A stretch of DNA of 63,896 nucleotides, counting the filler, from Phoronis australis (lineage: Eukaryota > Animalia > Phoronida), in the NCBI GenBank assembly GCA_002633005.1. It is 6 parts of 6 records of this genome, joined end to end, with 100 filler letters (N's around TTAATTAATTAA, not from the genome) between each part and the next. Parts side by side here need not be neighbours in the genome. Positions count along the whole stretch, not along the records: positions 1 to 27,729 come from NMRA01000429.1; 5 more parts are not named here. One strand, given 5' to 3'. This document shows positions 1 through 13,220 of this stretch, one piece after another (the first letter of the stretch is position 1; every line of letters starts with the position of its first letter). The position numbers and the translations under genes are program-made. The notes beneath the pieces were generated by a model, which worked only from the letters and a program-made list of their open reading frames with translations, was not told the origin of the DNA and made no database searches.

Positions 1-2445
1 TTAAAATCAAAAGTTAAGTTGCGCGGATAACAGGGTTTATAGCCGCTGAAATTTTTCTGTGAAAATGCAACTCTATTTTCTCTCAATGTAGGTTTCTTAC
101 TGCTTGTTAAAGACGATAATAGTATGACCGGCTGCTGAGTAGCACTTGGGACATAACCATGTTGCCATGAGTTCAATTTCTTGTCTTGGAACTCTAGGAT
201 CCACTTAAACCATAAAGTGCCAATGGCCATCAAAAGTTATCATGATGCGATGAAGATTTGGCAATACGTGCCTTAGTTCTTACACCATCTTTCTAACTTG
301 CAACCTCTCACACTTGTTGATACTAGCATTCGTTGGTGGTATAGATACAGTTATCATTACTTGTACCCAATGGTGGTTTTCTTTGCACTGTATTTTTTGG
401 TTTTAGTGTTTCAGTGCTCAATTATATTGTAACTTTTCACAATATTTTACACTTACAGGCTACATAGGTACTTCAGTGAGAAATCTAAGAGTAGTGCTGT
501 CAAGTATTAAGAAAGGTCTATACTCCAGTGCCACCGGTGTCCATAATTAGCAGATGCTTGAGAGAAAAACAAGGCGTGCACAAACTTGACACATGACTTC
601 CAGGGGCCACTCAGTTCATTGCCTTAACGATCAATGGTTTTGCAATGACAACAAATGTTATTTGATCTATCAAAAGAACTATCACTGCTTCAGTGAACAT
701 TTGATTCTGATTTTAAAGTTACCTTTGCATAGTAGCTTGACGTGGATATAGACTGTTGTCAATACAAAAGGACACGGCTATATTTTTGATCTTACTCGTT
801 TACCGTACAGCATATAAATCTGACATTCTACTTTTTATATATGTAAACCAACAATCGTTGACCACTGTTTGCTTACATTTGACTCCAAAACTGTGATACA
901 GTACCTGCTTTTTAATTGAAGTGCTCATGTAACTTGGTTCATGTTGAGTCTATCAACAGTCATCATCTGCTTTTGTTGGTCCCCGTGGTTGTGCGAATTG
1001 ACTACGTAATTAATATAAATGTGTCCATGACTTCAAACATATTTCGATTAATTACATGTCATGCAGCAACTCTTGTTTGCATTTACATTTCTGTTGTGTT
1101 GAGAATTACTGCAGTGAAATGCATTTGATGTTATACAGTTTAAACTTCGGCAGTGAAAATCCATTTTGTTTGTTAATGTGATTATGTCATTGCTGTTAAA
1201 GCTGCTATGAACCTGCCTTCCTTCAATAGCGGAGTTGCAACGCCGCCATATTGGAAATGGGTCAGAATGTTGCATTGTGGTTAAGCTGGTAAACAAGTAN
1301 NNNNNNNNNNNNNNNNNNNNNNNNNNNNNNNNNNNNNNNNNNNNNNNNNNNNNNNNNNNNNNNNNNNNNNNNNNNNNNNNNNNNNNNNNNNNNNNNNNNN
1401 NNNNNNNNNNNNNNNNNNNNNNNNNNNNNNNNNNNNNNNNNNNNNNNNNNNNNNNNNNNNNNNNNNNNNNNNNNNNNNNNNNNNNNNNNNNNNNNNNNNN
1501 NNNNNNNNNNNNNNNNNNNNNNNNNNNNNNNNNNNNNNNNNNNNNNNNNNNNNNNNNNNNNNNNNNNNNNNNNNNNNNNNNNNNNNNNNNNNNNNNNNNN
1601 NNNNNNNNNNNNNNNNNNNNNNNNNNNNNNNNNNNNNNNNNNNNNNNNNNNNNNNNNNNNNNNNNNNNNNNNNNNNNNNNNNNNNNNNNNNNNNNNNNNN
1701 NNNNNNNNNNNNNNNNNNNNNNNNNNNNNNNNNNNNNNNNNNNNNNNNNNNNNNNNNNNNNNNNNNNNNNNNNNNNNNNNNNNNNNNNNNNNNNNNNNNN
1801 NNNNNNNNNNNNNNNNNNNNNNNNNNNNNNNNNNNNNNNNNNNNNNNNNNNNNNNNNNNNNNNNNNNNNNNNNNNNNNNNNNNNNNNNNNNNNNNNNNNN
1901 NNNNNNNNNNNNNNNNNNNNNNNNNNNNNNNNNNNNNNNNNNNNNNNNNNNNNNNNNNNNNNNNNNNNNNNNNNNNNNNNNNNNNNNNNNNNNNNNNNNN
2001 NNNNNNNNNNNNNNNNNNNNNNNNNNNNNNNNNNNNNNNNNNNNNNNNNNNNNNNNNNNNNNNNNNNNNNNNNNNATTCATATCACAGGCATACTGTCAG
2101 GGCCTTAATAATGTTTTCACTTCACAATTGCCAAGTAAAGGTTTACTCCAGCTATCATTAATACCTAATAGCCTGGAAATAATTTGTTCACATTTTCTCA
2201 ATAAGTAACAATTATGAGCATATTCAGATAATTTATTTATTTGTTAAACTGAGTTTTGGGTATTTGTGTGAAACATTGATGTTGAGTGCAAGACCAAATC
2301 TCTGTAGCCAGAACCTTGGAAGGAAAAATGGTAAAAGGTTATTACAAGTGTCATGTCAGCTGTGTTTTCTTTCACAGAGTCACATGTGTGCATAATGAGG
2401 GTGCTTAACTGGATTTCCAAAACTGTGTTTATAAGAAATACTCAC

Positions 2446-2631
2446 AGGCACAAGCAAAATGCAGGTGACAGGTTGCTTCTTATAGATCTTTTCAGTGTAG
2501 TGGACACTCCTCAGCATCTGCCACATGTACACCCTAATGACAATCACAGCTGGTGATACCCACCACCCCAGTGAGTATGGACACAGCAAGTTGAATACAA
2601 TGCCCTCATCCTCAGATATACTTATGTGAGG
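2446..2631 (-). other. Possible spliced exon of an unidentified transcript
   Basis: On - strand: ttttcag acceptor, 186 bp with one open frame (PHISISEDEGIVFNLLCPYSLGWW...), gtgagt donor. A second exon-like block at 2981-3116 has AG/GT ends but stops in all frames. No family recognised. Confidence 0.25.
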
Positions 2632-3863
2632 CTGAAAAATTCAAACCACATTAATTTTGAGTTGTAGTTTAAACATGACCTCAACATGAAGGGGAATGTT
2701 GTTTTCATAGCTGCAAACTGGTTGTTGTTCTTCAAAAAGCCAGTGGACCATTATTAATGAAGTTTTAATTAATGAAGTTTTAAGACAGTATAATTTTCAG
2801 CATTTTATGTGGCATATTTTAGTGATACATAGCAAATGTATTTTATTACAGGTTTTCAGTTTTGTTACCTATAAAGCTTGTGTGATTACTGATGAAAGAA
2901 AACAATAAGAATGACTTGATAACACATAAGTTATGTAGAATCAGTTCTATTGCGTTAAGAAACAAGAGTTCCAAGCATACCTGCATGTGAAGAGACCGAA
3001 CATCAATTGCCACCTAAGCCTATTCCTCTGCACATGGCTCAGTACTCCAATCATGTTGTCTCTGTTGCTTGAGTATTGTTATTGTTGGTGAACTGGTGAT
3101 GCACATTACGGTGAACCTTTAAAAACATTGTAATCACATAAAATGCCAATCTGAGCAGTACATAGATAACATTGATCAATACATTCCATAGGATACACAT
3201 TTTCGCAAAAGTATGAGTGTACCAGAAATTGAAACTTCAGTGTTCTACCTGTTTCCAGACTAATTAAGTTTATTTCCTTTGTTAACTTGCCAATACCGAT
3301 GCTAGAAGTCTGTAACAGCTGACATTCAAGGAGGATAGATGATTTTCGAAGCACCCTTTAGGCCCTCTGCCATGTAAACTGATGGATTGTGTTCTTGATA
3401 AAGTGAGTCTGCAAGGGCCTAGTTGCACACTCAAAGTCCAAGAAAGAGTATATTAATTAAAAGCAAGCACTGTCATTAACCTTCCCCTGTCCCTAGCCCT
3501 TTATTTACCCAATCGAGACCATACCACTGATAATACAAGATGTAACCTGCTCGACCTTTATTAATGCTACTACTGATCTGCCTTTGGCTTATACCTTTTG
3601 CCTTTGAGGAGGTCCCATACATAGTATATTGTTCTGTAATGATGTGACCACTCCCAGTGTCCTGCAATTTGAGAACCAGATTTCTTCACTGAATAACAGG
3701 CATCAACTTGTTGCATCCCATTCCCAACCATGGTTTTGTATGATCTCACTATTCTCGCAACAAGCTTCAGCCTACCGGCACTTCCCAAGTTTGCTTGCAT
3801 TTAATCCGAGGATTCATCGCTGATCCAGTGGGTTGTGTTCAAGTGGACTAGCTAGCTGACTAG

Positions 3864-4280
3864 TCAGTGGTGGATTTAGAGGGGGGCTATGGCCTCCCTA
3901 AAATTCTCACAGTTCCCATTTGGCAGTTCGGGGGTGCAAATGTTTGGTGAACTAAATCCTGGCCAATACTCTGCCCTGTTCCCCCAACTCAAAATCCTGG
4001 ATCTGCCCCAGGGGCGAATCCAGTATTTTGAGTTAGGGGGGCCAGGGCACAGGAATAACCAGACTTTTGCGACATTCGCGAGCCCAGCCTGATGTAGGAA
4101 TGCGGGGGTGTCGAATTTTTGGGTTTTGTGGATCTTATTACTAAAAAAACATAAACGGTAAACAGGGTTTGTTCAAGGTGCATGTGCTAATCAGCAATTT
4201 GCACCCTGAACTGCCAAATGGTATCTGGGAGAATTTTAGGGGGGCCATGGCCCTCTTGCCCCCCCCTCCTTAAATCCTCC
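3864..4280. mobile_element. Cluster of GC-rich MITE copies (CAGTGGTGGATT type), partly inverted
   Basis: Starts cagtggtggatttagagggggg. The motif catttggcagttcgggggtgcaaat recurs inverted at ~4195-4280 and again near 49850 and 51820-51945. Confidence 0.55.
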
Positions 4281-7185
4281 AATGTGCCCCTACTAGTACA
4301 ATATACAAGTAGAGTGTGTATATAGAGTCTCTGGTGATAGACGATGGTTTTCTTATGGCAATGAAAAACCACGAATAGTTTTGCAATTCAAGTCCAAAGT
4401 CTGAAAACTGCCAGTAGGTAGAAATTCAACTCACGACCATCGAGTGACAAACAGGGTCTATCCAACCACAATGACATTACACTCCATTGATAGGGCTAGG
4501 GCTATCCTTGGTACAAATCTGTATACTAAATATACTACTCTGGCTGTGTGAATTTCGGGCTCTATTGAAGAAAAACACACTGGTATCTAGCTGATACCGC
4601 TAGCTGGCTGGGTACCACTGCAGACTCCCTCGACTCGATCACAACGATTACTATCAAATTGAGTACGTAATTTTCCCACATGTAATGGTTTCATCTAATT
4701 CTAAGAGTAATAGTTAGACTGTTCAGCTCATACAGGGAGCAATATCGTCATCAAAATGTTCAAGAAACGAATAAATTACCTGGTTAAGGCGAACTTCTCT
4801 TCTTCGGAGCAGTACCGGAAACAGCTGATTAGTTGCCGAAAGGTCAAACCGCACAGCATTATGGGCAACATTCGTTTGTTTTGATCACGCAGATTTTAAG
4901 AAAATAAAAAATAAAAGAAAAATATGTACAGGCAGCAGATCGACCCCATACTTACGAAAAGTTCTAATTAAGTGTCAGAGAGTATGTTTCAATGGTTTTT
5001 ATGCAGATTCACGATGTTTTTAAAACGTCTACAAATGGAGCATATGACTTTAACCTAAAGACCGCGTGTGCGTGAGCTTGGAATTAAATACACATTAAAG
5101 AAATCAGGTGATTTTTTGTTCAATTTTTGTAATTATTGGTCCCAGGATCACCCACTTTACCCTTTAACGATTTACAGTAACGTCAACGTGATGAGTTGAG
5201 TGAAGACGCCACGTTTTCTCGGGTATTTAAAGTACGCTCATGTTCGATCTTGAGAGTAAGTGAAATTCCAAGCTACGCAAGACACTCGAACTTCTATTGA
5301 CTCTTCGCCGGGCATCCATCTTTTCTTGGTGTCCCACACCAAAAATATAATTTAAGCTAAACAACATGTATTAAATTCAGTTTGTTTTCAAAAAATTCGA
5401 TGTCAGGATGAAAGAGTATAACTTGGGCTTAGGCTTAGAATATATATGCTTAACGATCCGTTTCATGAAGTGTTTAACAAAAGTGAAACGGAAATAGTAT
5501 CATTAAGGACGAGGATGTGGTACTTGTGTCGTGGTTTTCGTGTCTTCCAGTCTCGCTGCGGCTAGGGGCTTAGATCTCGGCTCTGTGAAAGTTAAAAGCG
5601 CAGCCATGGAATTGTTTCCACCTCCTGATTGCCACTGAGCGGTTGCAAGCTGAGCTTACTTCAACAGCTCGTGTTCTTAGCGAAGGATCACTGGCTGTCA
5701 AAGCTCGCCAAAGGAGTTATTCAGTTTTTGATAGCGACGGTCTGAAATATGTTTTTGCAAACCATTCAGGGCCACTTTACACCCAGTTCTTCACCAAAAC
5801 TTTACATTTGAATGAGATGTGCTACTCAAAAAATATTGTTTGAGAACTAAAGGCATCTAAATAACCACCACATTTAGAATGAGAGCAAGTCAGTATGGAT
5901 CATCCATGGTGGGGCTGGGTGTACACCGGAGTGCCGCTGAAATGGGGTGATTTTAGCCGATATTCGTATCAACTTGTAGGGTAAGGTTTTCGAAATCGCA
6001 AGGCATGTTTTTTCCGAATTTAGTATCTATAAAGGTCTTTTGTTTAACTTTTCATTTGTTTTTACAGTTTTGTAAGAGGACGCTGACGGATAGTGATCTG
6101 CTTTGATTTGTGTGCGGATATTCTTGGTTATTTATTCTATTTTTTATTTTAATCGGGCGAACATTTCAAAAACTTTCATATTAAATAATATGGACGTCAT
6201 TGTCACGTGGTCTCCTGGCGTCAAATTTTCTCCCGGCATGAAATTTTCTCGTGGAAGTTAATTTTCTGTCCTGTCGTGGTGTTGAAATTTGGTCGTTAGG
6301 TTCTGGAGTGATAAATTTTGGTTTTGAGTATATTTTTGGTCCTTCAGACAATTTTTTAATAGAAAGTTTGTGTCCTAGATTCTTTTTCGCTTTAGCTTTC
6401 CAAAGTCCTAGGCACATAAAAGTCTTGATGGCGTCGTCAGGGCTTGAAGTGAGCTAGTTGGTATTCGTGGGCTTGGCTGAACATTCTGGATGAGATAATT
6501 GTGGTCGTAAACCAACTCCTGTTTAGCGTACGGTTTTCAAAGTCAAAAAACGAACAACAAGTAAGGCAAACGACCGACATATATGTTTTTGAAATTCAAA
6601 AGTAAATAGTAGACGTCTTTGAATTTTTAAGATCAATGCAACATAAGAGAAATAGGCGAATTAGTTTTCTTCAGAATTGCGACTAAGCCACGAGCATTAA
6701 TTTGTAAAACGATTAGGACGGGTTAGACTCTTTCTGACTTTTTGCGGTAGCAAAATTCTATATGTTAGCGTAAGATTTGTCTCATTAATAACAAAATTCG
6801 GAAAGACCAATGAAACGTCTCGACCGAACAATCACAACGACGAAAATGATTTGAAAATGGCCGCCAAACGTAGAGTCAAAGAAACCGAAGCGCTCAAAGT
6901 ATATCAATGAACAAACCTTAAAGGCGAAGGCAACCTTTTTCCATGTCATTTTGAGCAAAAATAAGGTTGATTGGTTATCCTAGACATATTTTCCACTTAA
7001 TTACAGCTTTTCGGAATTTTATTATTACTCGTCCGCTACTCCGGAAGTGACGTTTTAGGAGGCAAACATTTCGCGCCAATTTCTTTTTATATAGTCTGAC
7101 TGTGAGAGCTGCCTAGTCAGTCATTGTTCTATCTCGTTTGTGTTGAGTTCCGTCGTCGTTTGCTTTCATTTACTAGTCAGTCAAC

Positions 7186-7992
7186 ATGCCACACTGTTGC
7201 TACGTACCAGGATGTACTAATTATCGGCTCACGCGCGCTTTGGGAGTACCTTTGCATCGCTTTCCGATGGATGACACACTTCGCCGTACTTGGCTCGTTC
7301 GTGTGAAGAACGCAGCGTTACCCGTCCACGCAACGTACAAAGCAGTGGAGAATTACCGTGTGTGTGGCAAGCACTTTCTGCCGTCCGATTACGAAAGGGA
7401 TTTGTACGCTGAACTGATGAAGGTCCCTGCGAAACAACGTCTGAAGAAGGATGCCATTCCGTCTGTGTTGATTCCCGGCAGTGCCCCGTCGCCACCCCCG
7501 AGAAGTGCGTTTTTGAAGCGAGAAGCCTCGCGAGCTGTGGCCAGTACAGTGACTGGAGCCAGCGGAGGCACTTCATCTACTGTCACCCGTGCCTCCGAAC
7601 GTACCCCAGAGCGTGCAATTCCTGGAACCAGTAGTGATTCGCCCTGTGCTGTTTTCTCCAGCCCAGAGCCTCTAAGCAGCCCTGCAGCGATATTGAGTAG
7701 TGGGAGTGATTACAGGCTCAGTTCGACACCCAGTGAAGAGGACAGTTCGTCGTCCAGTGAACAGATCGGTGAGCCAAACTTTGATAAGTTTATGGTGGAC
7801 TTGTCTAAAGTGTTGGAGCTATTTAGAAGGTGCCAGGTGTGAAGCGAGGGAGTCACACGACACGGTGTAAGCAGTTTGGGTGTTCAGGTCACCATCCAGT
7901 GGGAGTGTGTCGCGGGACACTCTGGCAAGTGGGACAGTTGTTCCTCTGTCCGTGGTATGCCGGAGGTCCACTTAACCATATCCAGTAGTGTC
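7186..7992 (+). pseudogene. THAP-domain Kolobok transposase, N-terminal part (premature stop, DDE domain deleted)
   Basis: THAP signature MPHCCYVPGC...LHRFP...W...RVCGKHF...LKKDAIPSV. In-frame TGA at 7840-7842 (likely ex-Cys of CQVC), then continues in frame with WECVAGHSGKWDS until the deletion junction ~7990. Confidence 0.85.
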
Positions 7993-8279
7993 TTGGCCTC
8001 GTCGAACTCTGAACAGCACAAGCATTCCATTGAGGTAGGCATAACAACGCACACAGTGCATTTGCACCAAGATGTGTCACCACGTCTGTCCTCAGTAGTG
8101 GCCTCGTTTCTCTCAACAGCTGCCTGTGCCTGTGCGTACCCTGATTCGTTATACTCGGGCTCAAACATGTACCCACTCACTGAATGTCCGTGAAAAAAAT
8201 CCTCGTCACCACTGTTGTGAACAAGGTCTCCTTCACTCACACTACTGTCACTGTGATACGGGTCACCGACTCCAGCCAT
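7990..8279 (-). pseudogene. KolX accessory protein N-terminus (P2X7 cytoplasmic-tail-like Zn cluster), truncated
   Basis: Acidic N-terminus, GYMFEPE, then RRGDTSWCKCTVCVVMPTSMECLCCSE matching the WCxCxxC..M....ECxCC.E motif of P2X7 C-terminal/KolX proteins. Confidence 0.8.
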
Positions 8280-9428
8280 TTTCAGCTTACAACAGAATAA
8301 ACAATCCCTAAATCCAACGTAGTTGAGTTCTCTACTAACCTATCTTGCCGCAGAATACTCGTCGATGGAAAGTGGTGGCAACAATTGTTGAAAAACAGCA
8401 CAAAACAAAAGTAGAATAGAACAGATTCGCACGGTAAAGTCAACGCAAAACCAAGTGGCGGGAAACGCTTGCCTCCTAAAACGTCACTTCCGGAGTAGCG
8501 GACGAGTAATTTATAAAATAACGAAAAGCTGCAATTAAGTGGAAAATATGGAGGATAACCAACCAACCCACCTTATTTTAGGTCAAAATGACATGGAAAA
8601 AGGTTTCCTTCACCTTTAAGAGTCGGAGCGCTCTAATTAACTACATGAACGCACACTTTTAATAAAACAACTGGTCAGCCATGCGTCTGCAGTAACAACG
8701 ACATTTCACCATTTTAAAAGCAATTAAACTAAAATGACCTTGGCTGAACCCGATAAACAACCTCAAATTGAGCCAAAAATAAAAACTTTCGTAGAAAATG
8801 ATAATGCAGTGGCGTTTTATGAATGCTTTGATGTTTATGTTCATTTATCCTATTTTTAATATTTACATGTATCTAGTGTTTATAAAGTTGTTAACTATTT
8901 TCATTCCAGAAACTAAGACACGACTATAGACCACGAAAACTAAGAAATTCATCGAAGTAAAAATGGCACCATGTTGCACAACTGTTCAGTTAACGTTTCA
9001 ATTATTATAAACCCAGATGGATTGTGTCTAAGTTTCCGACAAACTTTTAATATTACTGGATGGTTAGATGTTTGAGCTTGTATATTTATTATGGAAAAAT
9101 ATTTTACAAGTTCTTCAACACTTACACAGAAAATCTTGTCGGATACCAAGCTTGTCATATATATGACGTCATGTAACACCAAGCTAAAGCGCATGACAAC
9201 AAGCTGTCGCCGCCATGGAAATAAGTTCATCTATATGGGATAAATAAGATATCCTGAAATTTCCTATCTCGAATTGATTTAATCTGAAAATTTCCCAACG
9301 AGATCTTTGACTCTCGATCAGATATGTCCTGTGTATGTGAGATAACCTACATGTACGTAATCAGTAGACATGGTGTACCTAATTATCGGACGGACTCTAC
9401 ATATAGGACATTACATAAAATCTTACTT

Positions 9429-9689
9429 CATGCGCGCACCCAGGGGGGGACTCGGGGGGCTCGAAGCAGCCCCCGCCCCATTTGGCGAAGTGGGCAAAAA
9501 TGTCCGCCTCAGAGAGACAAAATGTCGGAGAAAATGAGTCATAAGTTCATTAAACATGCGCAAACACGTAATTCACAGTGGTGCTGTCGTTTTTTATTTT
9601 TAGTCCGCCCGCTTTTTTGTTACCAAAAGGTCCACAAAGTCAGGAATTCGAGCGCCCCCCCTCCATATTGAAGGCTGGGTGCGCGCATG
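9429..9689. mobile_element. MITE with TIR CATGCGCGCACCCAG
   Basis: 15-bp perfect TIRs. An inverted partial copy lies at 27621-27729. No clean TSD. Confidence 0.75.
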
Positions 9690-11139
9690 GACTTGACGCA
9701 TAATCTGAAATAAACTGACTGCATTTTTTGTTCCGCTGTAATGCATCAAAGTCCGGCACAGTCTCGATTTAAGTAGCGTTGCCTCGTTTTGATTTCACCG
9801 AGAGAGGGTGCAATTTAGACCCCATGTCGGCCTAACATGGACGATCGCATAAATCAGTTATGTAAGTTGAAAACAAAATCTTTTTCCACAGTGAAATCAT
9901 GTCAATGAACTAACAATACGTCACTGTTTCATTTTTATTTGTTTTTTTAAACTTAAGTCGAACCTTTGCCGCACACGTGTCTGCGACATTTCAAGAGGGC
10001 AAAGAGATACTAAAAACTGCAGTGAGGTTTCACGTGCTTTAGTCGTGTGCACGGATTCGTCTACACAACTTGGTGCTGTCAAAAGATTACATTTAATGGA
10101 TAATTTTGTTGCGAACGGAGCTGTATCTTTGGCTGTGTTCTAGCAGCAGTTATATCAAATTTGGCAAAACGGTGCCTGAGGCCTTTACTTGGTTAGTCAG
10201 TGACCTTTACTAGATTGTCGGGCTCAAGCGCATTGCTAAGCGTGTCACTGATGTTCCCAACACAAATTTCATCCCGTCTCGCCGACAGCATATACATGTA
10301 CAGTACAGCCACTGAATTTTTAGTTTTCGTCCGGGCTACCTCACGCCTGGCCAGACCGGAGCGCAACCGGAACGCAGGCCTGACAGAAATTAGTCACGGT
10401 CGCCTAACGCCTACTCTCCGGGTAGTCCTCATGCTTACCTCGGGTTTAGTTAACGCGTTCCTCACGCCTCGTTAACGCTTACCTCACGCTTTCTTCACGC
10501 CTTTGATAGCCGTTGTAACCATGGTCGGGCACCGGGCTAACCAGTAAAAATACATGTAACGTCTTGATTGTCCGTCTTTTCGGTCAAGTTGCAAATACAT
10601 TATAGTATATTATAGAGTATCTTTGCAAGCAGTCATCTATCACACTTGGGTTCCGAATAACCCTGTAATTCCACGTGTTGTTCATACAAACGTCTTCCTT
10701 CAGCTCGTCTTGTGTTACACTTACATGTACATGTTCAATTTACGACTTAAGAGCCAGTCCCATCAACGACATACATGTACATGTACATGTACAGTAACCA
10801 CTGATGTGATTAATACCCCAGTGTTAGTTCCGGTTAATTTGAAAGGTGAGTCTGAGTTGAGTGGTATCTAGTTCCCAGGTTGTTGCTAATTCTGAGTCAT
10901 TAGATTTTGTGCACACCCTGGTTCCGGATCCCATTTCAGGGGGGTCAAAGGTGCCCCACAACCCTGTCGTTTTGCAGGATCCACCTCCTGAGTTTGTAGA
11001 TGCCCCTATGGATACTATTAATATTCAGGAGGCGTCTTCTGGTAACACCCTACACCAACTGGCTGGCCGTCTGCTTCACTGGAGGCAGAAGGTCACTCTT
11101 CCACAAAGGGTGAGGGATACTGGTTCGCCGTAACCTAGG

Positions 11140-12204
11140 ATGTCGTGTGTGGCAAAAGCCCGCCAGCCACCTGGCATGCCCCTAAAAGGTCGACGTTCAT
11201 CTGGGGCTTCGCTGTCCCCGTCCAAAGCTAAATCAGGATCAACTCCTGATTTGGCTATAGATGCCCACTTCCATCTGGATCGCTTGTCGGCATCCTGGGC
11301 TCAGCGTCATATCACTGAGACTAGGATGCTGGCGATCGACCAGATGCTCAGCACCCAGCTGCCACGGGTCTCTCAAAAACCTGTACGGTTGGTTGGTGGG
11401 ATTGCAGTTTTCTGCGATGTGGAAAACTGGAAGTACGTTGAGGCTTCCCGTTTCCCACATGGCTGGAAGGCTGTGGTGGGCATCCATCCCAAACGGGTTG
11501 GAACAACGAATCCTGGTGTTCTGGAGCGTCTACCCCAGCTACTAAAGGCGCCCTTTGTAGCTGGCCTAGGCGAGGTCGGTCTGGAGGCCCGGGAGGACTT
11601 GGCCATCCAAAAAGAAGCTTTGGAGGAGATGGTGCAGATCTTTGCGGAGGTTCGGGCCAGCTCCCCTAGCTTCAAAAACAAAGTCGTGGTGATCCACCTT
11701 CGTGGTTCCCCCGACAATCCACGCTTCTTGGAGGGACAAGACTTTGTCTTTGATCTCCTGAAGCGCCACTGTGATGCAGACTTGGGTTTGCATCTCCGTT
11801 GTTTTGGAGGTGCGCCAGAGGATGTACTCCGGTGGACGGGGTTCTTTAGGAACTGCAACTTCGGCTTCGCCGGTCATGTGCGGCAGTTTCTGAAGTTCCA
11901 AAATAAGGGGTTACAAGAGGTTCCGATGAATCGACTCCTCCTGGAGTCCGATTCACCCCACCTCGCCATTGGGCAAGCCCCAATGGCGCCCCAATACCTG
12001 GGGGAGGTAGCTATGGAGGTGGCGCATCGTTCTCGTCGTACGCTGCGTGACATCCTGGCTGTTTCCACCTGGAATGCCAGGCGGCTTAACCATCTCTTAC
12101 AAATTGTTAGAGGTGGTTCAGCATCCTGGTGTGCCTGGGTCATAACCTATGCCCCAGGTTTTCTCCTAGTCCCTTGGATAATTGCCCGTTATTATGAACT
12201 CTGA
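11140..12204 (+). CDS. tatD: TatD-family (amidohydrolase TIM-barrel) nuclease, intronless, possibly decaying
   Basis: Motifs in correct order: IDAHFHLD, VGIHP, GLGEVGLE, VVIHLR, HLRCFGG (canonical HCF His appears as Arg, CGT), LLLESDSPHL, STWNARRL. ORF 10861-11133 is in the same frame, separated by one TAA. Confidence 0.88.
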   Translation: MSCVAKARQPPGMPLKGRRSSGASLSPSKAKSGSTPDLAIDAHFHLDRLSASWAQRHITETRMLAIDQMLSTQLPRVSQKPVRLVGGIAVFCDVENWKYVEASRFPHGWKAVVGIHPKRVGTTNPGVLERLPQLLKAPFVAGLGEVGLEAREDLAIQKEALEEMVQIFAEVRASSPSFKNKVVVIHLRGSPDNPRFLEGQDFVFDLLKRHCDADLGLHLRCFGGAPEDVLRWTGFFRNCNFGFAGHVRQFLKFQNKGLQEVPMNRLLLESDSPHLAIGQAPMAPQYLGEVAMEVAHRSRRTLRDILAVSTWNARRLNHLLQIVRGGSASWCAWVITYAPGFLLVPWIIARYYEL

Positions 12205-12336
12205 GGCTGACTACGGTCTCTGGGTTTGTGCCTTACTCTTTGTCCTAGGAGAATTGGGATGCCCGTATTAAGCAGTATAAGTAGTTAAGTAGCGTACTGG
12301 TCCATTATTTTTATATAGTAGTGTTTATTCGTTAAA

Positions 12337-12449
12337 GAGGAGGCAGTGTTGCCTGGTTGATAAGTGCCCGCTTTCTTAACTCGAGGTTGTGGGGTTCAAG
12401 TCCCACCAGGTCACACTGCTAAACCCTTGAGCCAGGTTTCTAGCTCCTC
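12337..12449 (+). ncRNA. tRNA-derived/SINE-like structured element with Pol III B box
   Basis: B box GGTTCAAGTCC (~12393-12403) and a degenerate A-box-like TTGCCTGGTTGATAAG. Closing stem GCAGTGTTGCCTGGT/ACCAGGTCACACTGC; outer GAGGAG/CTCCTC. Confidence 0.5.
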
Positions 12450-13220
12450 AGCTCGGTTTTAACCATAAATAACTAAAGCATAATAATATTTCCAGGTGAT
12501 CAGTGCAATGGGCTCACATGCGAGGCCTGCGCACGTCTGGTACAACGTGTATCAGACCGCCTGCAATTATTTTTATTTATTTTTGTTATAAGTTTTCATA
12601 CTATATATATATATAATCTATTTATGTATTCAATACTATACTTTCTATAGTATAATGTATTAGTTGTTACTATATAGTTTATTTTTGTATATTAAGTTAA
12701 GTTTTCTATATAGTCTATGTATGTTATGAAAGACTATATCATTTTATATCTCAGTGCATCTCTACTAAAGTATAATGAATACTCAATTTATGGCCAGTAT
12801 GCTTTTGTTGTTCAGTTTTTTAGTTTTTAAAAAAAAATGTGTATATTCTCTCGCCAGGTCATCACCAACAATCAGAGTGTTGTCATAGCATAGTCCAGGA
12901 ATTCTATGCTCCCTGGTACTGGTATTAGTGGAGCATATTTTCTTTTTTTTTTCTTTTTTAGTCATGTTCGACTACTATAGTGGATATATGCTATGACCGC
13001 GTGTCTAATTAGTAGTTGTTTTTTTGGTAGGGGGGAGAATAGTTAGATTAAATTTTAACCAGTAATTCTTACTTTACAAGGTCACCCCTCATCATGTTAG
13101 TTATAGGGTTTAAGGTCTTGTCACTGTTGTCTTAGGTCAAGGGTTTATGTTTAGATGTTGGGAATGACGTTCGCCATTTGCTATAAGGGCTACACTCCTT
13201 TTCTTTAGGGAAGGGAGGAA

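Larger units (their letters stand above)
6922..8615 (+). mobile_element. Kolobok-superfamily DNA transposon, internally deleted (1.7 kb)
   Basis: TTAA at 6918-6921 and 8616-8619. Termini AGGCGAAGGCAACC / rc AGGTGAAGGAAACC, ~160-bp imperfect TIRs. Contains a THAP ORF (+) and a convergent Cys-rich ORF (-), the known Kolobok layout. Confidence 0.88.

Noticed and set aside
10862-10875. tRNA-Met PBS (TGGTATC) for the TatD element
   Set aside because: Only 7 nt match, no LTR copy upstream, and it lies inside the reading frame.
11140-12204. Bacterial contamination or a tat operon as source of TatD
   Set aside because: No neighbouring bacterial genes, contiguous with eukaryotic TEs, and followed by a PPT/LTR.
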